Below, one piece after another: positions 31,790 through 38,232 of a DNA stretch of 41,663 bases. Positions within the stretch are counted from its first letter, which is position 1. Every line of letters begins with the position of its first letter. Made by a program: the position numbers and the translations under genes. The notes under the pieces were generated by a model that ran no database searches, was not told the origin of the DNA, and saw nothing but the letters and a program-made list of their open reading frames with translations. Source of the stretch: an uncultured Candidatus Saccharibacteria bacterium (GTDB taxonomy: Bacteria; Patescibacteriota; Minisyncoccia; Phycocordibacterales; UBA9973); NCBI GenBank assembly GCA_964563715.1, contig CAZLXA010000005.1, positions 1 through 41,663 on the forward strand, written 5' to 3'.

Positions 31790-32071
31790 GTGAGAGATAA
31801 CATGGGATACGTTGGACATTTCAACATGGAACACGGTAGAGTACTGAGTGTTACAGCTTACACAGGTACAGCTACTATTGATTGGGCAATTGAGCATGAT
31901 CTTGCACCAGTTAAAGCAGATACAATGGATCAATTTATGAATAAGGTAATGCTTAATCGTAGATGTACTAGATTCATTAGTGTCAATATCTATAGTCGTG
32001 GCACACTGAATAAAGGTGTATTTGACTGTATAAAGAGTTCATGGTATAAGGAAGGTGAACTCGTACATTAG
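31790..32071 (+). CDS. Hypothetical early protein
   Basis: 93 aa from GTG (or from ATG 31802), followed by a hairpin. Confidence 0.6.
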   Translation: MRDNMGYVGHFNMEHGRVLSVTAYTGTATIDWAIEHDLAPVKADTMDQFMNKVMLNRRCTRFISVNIYSRGTLNKGVFDCIKSSWYKEGELVH

Positions 32072-32087
32072 AAACTTGTAATCCTTT

Positions 32088-32121
32088 TGGTCAATCTCTG
32101 CTTCATTGTGGAGATTGGCCA
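32088..32121 (+). terminator. Hairpin / probable terminator
   Basis: TGGTCAATCTCTGC-TTCATT-GTGGAGATTGGCCA. Confidence 0.55.
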
Positions 32122-32302
32122 TTTATACTTCCAACTGATCCTATACTAACTTAATGGTTGTATGATGTTAATGTTGGATGATCAGCAAGACGACAATCCT
32201 ATACTAACGACCTAATGGTTGTGTGTTTCAACGGTTATCTTTAAGTTAAACGTAAGGTAAACACATTCATTAATTAATTAATTAAACATAGGAGATTGTT
32301 TT

Positions 32303-33148
32303 ATGCCTTTTACATTAAAAGCTTTTACTACAGGTCTTACAGGCCTTAACTTATCAGCACAGATTGCTGGTCAAATTGCTAGTTCGGTAACAACTGAACA
32401 GTATGAATCTACTCTTGCTGAGTTTAAAGCAAGTTTAACTGGTGTCGATGCCGCAGATATTGAAGGTATTGCTCTTAACTGGTTAAAAGCCAAACAAAGT
32501 TCACCAATTGAAACCGAAAATGTTCCTGGTGTTGAAGCAGTACCACAAAGTATCGTTGTTAAAGTTGTTGCTTTTAAACTTCAACCAGCATACCGTGCAG
32601 ATAAAGATAAACCAGCTCTTTCGGCAAGTGAAATGAACCTGAATCGCTCTCACTTTGAGCTACAAGGTGTTACAACAGACGGTAAACTTAATATCTTTAT
32701 CGTTGGCTATAAGCAAATGTACCATAATTTGGGTATGTCACCAGCTACTGAACATCAGGGTATTGTTCCAAGAACCGAAGCAATGAAGGATGCAGTTACA
32801 ACGCCTGTTAAATCGAAAGTAATTGGCAAGTTTGTTATTTTGCAATATCAATCGTTTGTTGCTGGTACTACATATCGTGTTCGTGACGATAGTAATCCTG
32901 GTAAAAAGCGTAGTTATACAGCAAATGACACAGCCAATCATGTTACTTCGCTTGCTCTTGATGAAGTGGGAGAGTTCGAGAAAGACCACGAAGTTCTTAG
33001 AGCCAATAGACTTCAGCGTGATACTAACAGTGTGACATCTGAATCAAAGGTTAAAACAGCTTCGGAATTGCTTAACCAATTGGTTGCAGCACAGAATAAC
33101 GGTTTGGCTTTTGATGCCGTTGAAATGCTTAAAGCCTTAGTTGGTTAA
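32303..33148 (+). CDS. Hypothetical early protein, probably highly expressed
   Basis: 281 aa, higher GC with biased codons, AGGAGA leader, two upstream motif copies. Confidence 0.8.
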   Translation: MPFTLKAFTTGLTGLNLSAQIAGQIASSVTTEQYESTLAEFKASLTGVDAADIEGIALNWLKAKQSSPIETENVPGVEAVPQSIVVKVVAFKLQPAYRADKDKPALSASEMNLNRSHFELQGVTTDGKLNIFIVGYKQMYHNLGMSPATEHQGIVPRTEAMKDAVTTPVKSKVIGKFVILQYQSFVAGTTYRVRDDSNPGKKRSYTANDTANHVTSLALDEVGEFEKDHEVLRANRLQRDTNSVTSESKVKTASELLNQLVAAQNNGLAFDAVEMLKALVG

Positions 33149-33153
33149 TGTTT

Positions 33154-33199
33154 GTCGTCATTAGAGAGTGGTACTTATTATCACTCTCTTAGTGACGGT
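33154..33199 (+). terminator. Long hairpin after the 281-aa gene
   Basis: GTCGTCATTAGAGAGTGGTA-CTTAT-TATCACTCTCTTAGTGACGGT. Confidence 0.6.
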
Positions 33200-33307
33200 T
33201 AATATCCTATTCAACTTAATGGTAGCATAACGTAAGCATAACCTAAATCGAGATGTATAGCAATACGACAATCAAATAGTATTTATTTAAACTTAATATT
33301 AAACAAA

Positions 33308-33718
33308 ATGACAACACTAACAATGGTTTTTGGTATTTTACTAGCAATAGCAGTAATAACAATTGGTGCTTTAATGTCAACAATCAGTAGTCTTAAATCA
33401 AGTATTTCTCTTCACCTTAAAGACAAAGGAGAATTGAGAACAGAACTTGAACGATCACAGCTTACTAGAGATGCAATACTTAAGCATAGAGATGAGCTAA
33501 TAGAAGCTAACCTTTACCTAAAAGATAAGCTACATAGTAATATGGTAAGGCTTGAAGAGATAGTCAAAAGATATAAAGCTATGGAACGTGACTTTGCTGC
33601 ATTACTTGCTGATAGTATAGTTAGTATGATAAAGCCTAAGATGACGAGTAAAGGTAAGGCAACAAAGAAGGGTAAGGATAAGCCACCATCATCCGCCACA
33701 GATTCCACTCATTCTTAA
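33308..33718 (+). CDS. Membrane-anchored coiled-coil protein
   Basis: N-terminal TM helix, heptad region, basic tail. Confidence 0.7.
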   Translation: MTTLTMVFGILLAIAVITIGALMSTISSLKSSISLHLKDKGELRTELERSQLTRDAILKHRDELIEANLYLKDKLHSNMVRLEEIVKRYKAMERDFAALLADSIVSMIKPKMTSKGKATKKGKDKPPSSATDSTHS

Positions 33719-33750
33719 CCATCTACTTCTAATTACTCTAAGGTGTTAAT

Positions 33751-33896
33751 ATCCTATATCTCCCCTAATACTTTCTCATCATCAACTAAATAATAATTAA
33801 ATATCGAATACTTATGTTGCATATTAATTGATTTACAATTTAGTTAAGCATTTAGTTGATGTTATGGTGATTAAGTGTTGGGGAGAGATTAAGGAT
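33751..33896 (+). ncRNA. Candidate structured RNA (long interrupted hairpin, about 145 nt)
   Basis: 33759-33773 pairs with 33873-33886; ATCAACTAAAT 33781-33791 pairs with ATTTAGTTGAT 33850-33860; G-U pairs favour the + strand. Confidence 0.4.
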
Positions 33897-34022
33897 GATA
33901 TTCGGCATTTTGAGTAATTAAAGTGCAAGATGAATTGACGATGATGGTAATGGATACATACCAGATCGAGAGTATTTGATGAAAATGATGTAAATTATAA
34001 ACCTAACAAAAGATAACGAACA

Positions 34023-34244
34023 ATGGCAACCATTTACTTTACAAACAGAAACAGCGATGCAGAAACATGGTATGTATCTGATGTTGAAAACCCAATTGAA
34101 GAAGTAGATATGTTGAATACCGAAGATGATAATTTCATTGATGGTGAACAAATACATTTCTTTAGTTATATTGACAAAGATGAATCAGAACATGAATTCT
34201 ATGGTTATGCTTCAAGAGAAGAAATGTTAGATGCAGTGCTTTGA
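34023..34244 (+). CDS. Small highly acidic protein
   Basis: 73 aa, about 20 D/E versus 3 K/R. Confidence 0.7.
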   Translation: MATIYFTNRNSDAETWYVSDVENPIEEVDMLNTEDDNFIDGEQIHFFSYIDKDESEHEFYGYASREEMLDAVL

Positions 34245-34262
34245 TTAATAAGAACAAACTTT

Positions 34263-34351
34263 TAAACTCTCATGCAATCGTCATAATGTGGCTGTAATCA
34301 AGCGTAACTATTGTTACTGATTATATTAAGATACAATCTTGTGAGAGTTTA
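34263..34351 (+). ncRNA. Candidate multi-stem junction RNA
   Basis: Closing stem TAAACTCTCATG/TGTGAGAGTTTA enclosing three hairpins. Confidence 0.35.
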
Positions 34352-34409
34352 TTCTTTTAATAACGTTACAAATAAAGAAACAATTAACCTAACAAATAAA
34401 GTTACAACG

Positions 34410-34751
34410 ATGAAACACAAACCTGTTACATTTACTGAACTACTTGCTGAATATAAAGTAAGATGTATTTATGATGTTATTGATTCTAATATTGTATATC
34501 CTTGGGATAATAATTCTGGATTTACTACTATTGGAAGATTGACAAATGATGAAGTTGATTCATTTCTTATTAAAGTACATTCTGCAATTAGTATTGAAAC
34601 AATGGTATCTAAAGTAAGAATATCAAATAAGTTTTGTATTCCTATGTTTATAACATATAGCCTTCATAAACAAACTACATTCTTCTGTTATGAACATGAT
34701 GGTAACCAATGGTTATTATCTAAAACTGAAGATAGTAAAATGTATGTTTAA
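34410..34751 (+). CDS. Hypothetical protein (113 aa)
   Basis: ATG 34410 with an A-rich leader preferred over the TTG at 34311. Confidence 0.65.
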   Translation: MKHKPVTFTELLAEYKVRCIYDVIDSNIVYPWDNNSGFTTIGRLTNDEVDSFLIKVHSAISIETMVSKVRISNKFCIPMFITYSLHKQTTFFCYEHDGNQWLLSKTEDSKMYV

Positions 34752-34781
34752 ACAATTACCAAATGAAAAGGAGATAATATT

Positions 34782-35231
34782 ATGATTACAGTTAAAACAT
34801 GCTACTTTAATGAAACATTCAATGTTTATCTTTATACAGATAGAACTGAACAACCTGTTAAAGTAAAGGAAACAATACGTAATTTATCAGAAGGTAGATT
34901 TAGATTAACTGAATATACTAAATGTGGATTAACATATTATACCTTTGGTTTACTTACACATGATGAACGTAAAAGACCTGGTCATAAAGGTGAATGGTCA
35001 TCTAATGAACATACAGTTAAAGAGTTATTTGATCTTGACTTAATCGGTGTTGGGTTAGATGGACTTGCGGTATCAATTAAACATGATGATTTACTTAATT
35101 TAGTGAATCTTGATGTTTATTATATCAATAAAGAAGAACGTTATCTTTGTGGATTAAGTTCTGATGCTATTGAACAACCTGAATATATGGGTTGGTATGA
35201 TAAGGATGGAAATATAATACCCATAGCTTAA
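34782..35231 (+). CDS. Hypothetical protein
   Basis: 149 aa with AGGAGA leader. Confidence 0.75.
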   Translation: MITVKTCYFNETFNVYLYTDRTEQPVKVKETIRNLSEGRFRLTEYTKCGLTYYTFGLLTHDERKRPGHKGEWSSNEHTVKELFDLDLIGVGLDGLAVSIKHDDLLNLVNLDVYYINKEERYLCGLSSDAIEQPEYMGWYDKDGNIIPIA

Positions 35232-35326
35232 GTGGTAATGAAATAATACTAAATAGACTTATAGGTTGTGTAATAACTGAACCTTTTACAATAGAATTAA
35301 CTTAACTAAATATAGGAGATAAACAA

Positions 35327-35527
35327 ATGAAAGTATTTAAACTTAAAGGTCTAGATTTCTATGTAGCAGCGTTTAGTGTAGAAGATGCAATATTACTATG
35401 TTTACTTAATAAAATAGGTATAACAGAAAATGATATTACTGAAGTATCAATAGATGTTGATAGAGAAGCTATAGGACAAGTGTTCAGAAATTATGAAGAA
35501 TTATCACCTTACATTGAACAATCTTAA
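35327..35527 (+). CDS. Hypothetical protein
   Basis: 66 aa with AGGAGA leader. Confidence 0.7.
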   Translation: MKVFKLKGLDFYVAAFSVEDAILLCLLNKIGITENDITEVSIDVDREAIGQVFRNYEELSPYIEQS

Positions 35528-35605
35528 ATGGTATAAACTTAGTAATAGGGGAAGTTTTAAATTTATAACCTGTTAACAACTTAACTAATAAAAGGAGATC
35601 AACAA

Positions 35606-35827
35606 ATGACAAATAAAGACAAACAATTTCTCTATGATAAACTTAGAGAAAAGAATGAAGTAATCGAGTTATTAAGTAATAGACTATCAAAAGCTGATGA
35701 ATTAGTTACTGCTCAAAGAACACTAATTGATATTAATGATAAACTCATTGATAAATTAGAAGAAGCAGTTGAAACAAGAGATAAATTAATTATTACACAT
35801 GAATCTAAATGGTGGAGGTTCTGGTAA
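35606..35827 (+). CDS. Coiled-coil protein ending KWWRFW
   Basis: 73 aa; aromatic/basic C-terminal amphipathic tip; AGGAGA leader. Confidence 0.7.
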   Translation: MTNKDKQFLYDKLREKNEVIELLSNRLSKADELVTAQRTLIDINDKLIDKLEEAVETRDKLIITHESKWWRFW

Positions 35828-35872
35828 TTATAAAATATAAAGCTTATTACACATTAACTAACTCAAATAATT

Positions 35873-36061
35873 ATGCAAACACTAACAATTAGAGAATCAA
35901 GACAAGACTTAGTTGACAGACTTAGTATTCTAAATACTAAACTTAAACTAACAAACAATCCACGAATATTAGTATCTATTGATACTGATGATGCCTTTAA
36001 TGAAGTTGAAGAACTTCTAATTAGAAAGAGAATACTTGAAAGTAAATTAAAACTTAATTAA
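35873..36061 (+). CDS. Hypothetical protein
   Basis: 62 aa, operon-packed. Confidence 0.6.
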   Translation: MQTLTIRESRQDLVDRLSILNTKLKLTNNPRILVSIDTDDAFNEVEELLIRKRILESKLKLN

Positions 36062-36062
36062 A

Positions 36063-36260
36063 ATGGATGGTATATTAGTAATTGGAGCATTTGTTACATT
36101 AATGCTATTAGTATTAAGTGTGACAATAATAGTAAAACTTCAAAAGTATAAAAAGATTGAAGCTGAATACTATTTTGAACAAACCCTTATTTGGGGATTT
36201 ACAGTAATAGCAACAGCTTACATATTATTTAGTATAATTAGACATTTAATACTATATTAA
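36063..36260 (+). CDS. Small two-TM membrane protein
   Basis: 65 aa, two hydrophobic segments. Confidence 0.6.
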   Translation: MDGILVIGAFVTLMLLVLSVTIIVKLQKYKKIEAEYYFEQTLIWGFTVIATAYILFSIIRHLILY

Positions 36261-36261
36261 G

Positions 36262-36450
36262 ATGTGGAAAGATTACTTCAATGCTATTATAGAACGGTAT
36301 AAGTTAAGAACCGAGTTATTGACTTGTCACCATGAATGGCAAGAGTTAAAGACCTTTAATGTGTATAAGAAAGATACACAAATACCAACTGAAATAAGAG
36401 TGACTTATGTATGCAAACGATGTGGTACATTCAAGCAAATAAATCTATAA
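36262..36450 (+). CDS. Small zinc-binding protein (C.H.W...C.RCG)
   Basis: 62 aa; CHHEW and CKRCG. Confidence 0.65.
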   Translation: MWKDYFNAIIERYKLRTELLTCHHEWQELKTFNVYKKDTQIPTEIRVTYVCKRCGTFKQINL

Positions 36451-36452
36451 TT

Positions 36453-36830
36453 ATGAAGATTACATCAGAACAAGTAAGAGAAGGTAAACTTAGTCCAAAG
36501 GATTATAAGTGTCCTATGTGTGGTAGTCCTATGAAAGTAGGAAAGAACTTTGGTTATTTGTTTAAATGCAATTGGGGTTTATGTAAATCTAGAAAATATG
36601 GAATACTGTGGTTCCTTAATGGAGAAGCTTATTCTGATCGAGTTGATCTATCATTATTTCAAAACACAACTCCCATAGGTAGTCTAGCATTTAAACAATC
36701 TCTTGATAAATCAACAACTAGAACATATAATCTAATTCTATTTAAACTAAAAATTACCATTAATACAATTCATAATTATAATGGTAAGTATTTAGGTGAT
36801 AGAATTAATTATGGTATTAGTTGGGAATAA
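36453..36830 (+). CDS. Zinc-ribbon protein (125 aa)
   Basis: CPMCGSPM...FKCNWGLC; ATG 36453 directly follows the previous stop. Confidence 0.65.
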   Translation: MKITSEQVREGKLSPKDYKCPMCGSPMKVGKNFGYLFKCNWGLCKSRKYGILWFLNGEAYSDRVDLSLFQNTTPIGSLAFKQSLDKSTTRTYNLILFKLKITINTIHNYNGKYLGDRINYGISWE

Positions 36831-36847
36831 CAAGACTGCGCCAATGG

Positions 36848-36878
36848 ATAATATTCATTTTAAATTTTCCGTTGGGCT
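36848..36878 (+). promoter_or_regulatory. Bipartite motif ATAATATTCATT-N6-TTTCCGTTGGGCT, copy 3, 100 nt upstream of the tmRNA
   Basis: 27/31 identical to the copy upstream of the capsid genes. Confidence 0.6.
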
Positions 36879-36884
36879 GTATGA

Positions 36885-36916
36885 ACAAACAATTACAAAC
36901 AATTACAAACAATTAC
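36885..36916 (+). repeat. Tandem repeat ACAAACAATT x3.2
   Basis: Perfect 10-nt units read directly. Confidence 0.9.
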
Positions 36917-36978
36917 TATCAGGCATTTATATCACAAAGAACTGTAAATGCTTGATAGTTTAATAAATCAAAACAATC

Positions 36979-37307
36979 GGGGGTGACATGGTTTTGATAT
37001 TCTATAAGTACAATTTGATCTCATGCAAGCAGTTATGCTTTGAAATAACAAACAATGTAATTGGCAACACTTACAACGTAGAAGATATGATGAGTATCCG
37101 TACAAGTCATATTGCATCTAGTAACAAGGTTATTGAGATGCCTTCCTTTAAGCAAGAAGTTCTGTTAGCTGCTTAATATTTTGTTAGTTTTGAAAAACTA
37201 ACTGGTGGACATAGACTGTTGAGTTAATAACAGCCCCAAATCAAGCATGTATTAAAAGATTAGAAAGGAAAATAGGATACACGAGGGTTCGAATCCCTCC
37301 ACCTCCA
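36979..37307 (+). ncRNA. ssrA: tmRNA (329 nt), predicted tag GNTYNVEDMMSIRTSHIASSNKVIEMPSFKQEVLLAA at 37063-37176
   Basis: Acceptor stem GGGGGTG/CACCTCC with G3:U70, discriminator A; T-arm GAGGG-TTCGAAT-CCCTC; D-like loop ACATGGTTTTGA; P2 pairs TATTCTAT/ATAGGATA and CATGC/GCATG; internal frame ending LAA-stop. Confidence 0.92.
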
Positions 37308-37363
37308 GATCTATCAAGTAACATACCTCCACGTGGTATAGATCGGGTAATGCTAAATGTTAC
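37308..37363 (+). ncRNA. Minimal HDV-like (theta-type) self-cleaving ribozyme
   Basis: P1 GATCTAT 37308-14 / ATAGATC 37338-44; J1/2 CAA; P2 GTAACAT 37318-24 / ATGTTAC 37357-63; P3 ACC/GGT; L3 TCCACGT; P1.1 GG 37345-46; no P4; GCTAA junction with putative catalytic C37353. Confidence 0.88.
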
Positions 37364-37397
37364 AGTATTTATCAAAAACTAACTAAACATTAAACAA

Positions 37398-37670
37398 ATG
37401 AAACAACAATTTGAATTTACAACAAAAGAAGCTGCTGATTGGATATGTAAGAGATTACGTATTAAACCTTTAAGTCCAGATAAAAATGGAGATTTTAACG
37501 TTAGACAACAGTCAACTATGAAAAGAGTAAAAGCTTTAATTGAAAAAGATTTAATTAATGCTAGATACTCTAATTCTAATAGAGTAATTCACGAAACAGA
37601 TAATCATACTCGGATGGATATATGGATAGGAGATGAATTATTAACAGTAAGGTGCTATAAAACGAATTAA
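37398..37670 (+). CDS. Basic protein with possible HTH (TTKEAADWI)
   Basis: 90 aa; excisionase/MerR-like N-terminal pattern. Confidence 0.5.
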   Translation: MKQQFEFTTKEAADWICKRLRIKPLSPDKNGDFNVRQQSTMKRVKALIEKDLINARYSNSNRVIHETDNHTRMDIWIGDELLTVRCYKTN

Positions 37671-37688
37671 CCAATAGGAGATATTAAA

Positions 37689-37919
37689 ATGTTTAAAATA
37701 GAAAAGAATCAAACAATTAAACAAAAACCAGATCAAAGATCACAACTTACTATTGAATTAGAACAAACATTAGATTCTCTAAAAGAAGGTGAATCTTTTA
37801 TATTTCCACGAAATAAGCTATTTACTTATTATCGAGTAGTAGCAAAAAGATCTGATTCAATTACATTTAAAAGTAATAAAATAAGTGATACAGAAGTAAG
37901 AATATTTAAAGTATCATAG
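37689..37919 (+). CDS. Small putative DNA-binding protein
   Basis: 76 aa; FKIEKN...L.EGESF...VRIFKV pattern common in phages; AGGAGA leader. Confidence 0.55.
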   Translation: MFKIEKNQTIKQKPDQRSQLTIELEQTLDSLKEGESFIFPRNKLFTYYRVVAKRSDSITFKSNKISDTEVRIFKVS

Positions 37920-37944
37920 GTTCTCTTTTTAGTTAGGTTTGGTA

Positions 37945-38029
37945 TTCTCATTAGTTTAATGGTGAACAATAGTTGGTTCTGCTTGTAACTTTCCAGCTAT
38001 AAGACTAGGTTCGATCCCTAGATGAGAAG
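37945..38029 (+). tRNA. tRNA-like RNA with elongated anticodon arm (identity undetermined)
   Basis: Acceptor TTCTCAT/ATGAGAA, T8-A9, D-arm GTTT-AATGGT-GAAC, 8-bp stem ATAGTTGG/CCAGCTAT with a 16-nt loop, variable loop AAGA, T-arm CTAGG-TTCGATC-CCTAG, discriminator G. Confidence 0.8.
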
Positions 38030-38061
38030 CAAGATTTAGTATTAATTAAATAAATAATAAT

Positions 38062-38232
38062 ATGACACTTAGAGAAGCACTTGCAAATCAAGGTAATGAT
38101 CCTGGTGATGTTGATATTATCATACAGGAAATGGTAGAAAATGTATTAAATGGTTCTGATCCAGAAGATGAATTAGAAGCACAAGGATTAGAGCCAGACT
38201 ATGTAATGGAATTATTGGAGGAATGTTTATGA
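38062..38232 (+). CDS. Small highly acidic protein (56 aa)
   Basis: Not in the ORF track: MTLREALANQGNDPGDVDIIIQEMVENVLNGSDPEDELEAQGLEPDYVMELLEECL. Confidence 0.75.
   Translation: MTLREALANQGNDPGDVDIIIQEMVENVLNGSDPEDELEAQGLEPDYVMELLEECL

Larger units (their letters stand above)
31708..33226 (+). promoter_or_regulatory. Dispersed motif ATCCTAT...AC(T/C)TA(A/T)TGGT, four copies (candidate phage early promoters)
   Basis: Copies starting at 31711, 32138, 32196 and 33204, all intergenic and upstream of the first rightward genes. Confidence 0.55.

Noticed and set aside
31708-33226. CRISPR-like array from the ATCCTAT repeats
   Set aside because: Irregular spacing, variable repeat length, genes between copies and no cas genes
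32738-34157. ORFs 32738(-), 32823(+), 33514(-) and 33918(-)
   Set aside because: Overlap stronger plus-strand genes; shadow frames
36988-37176. 62-aa ORF in the track
   Set aside because: Lies inside the tmRNA; its 3' part is the tag reading frame, not an independent gene
38030-38061. Second theta ribozyme after the tRNA-like RNA
   Set aside because: The trailer is plain AT-rich sequence with no P1/P2/P3 or L3 elements
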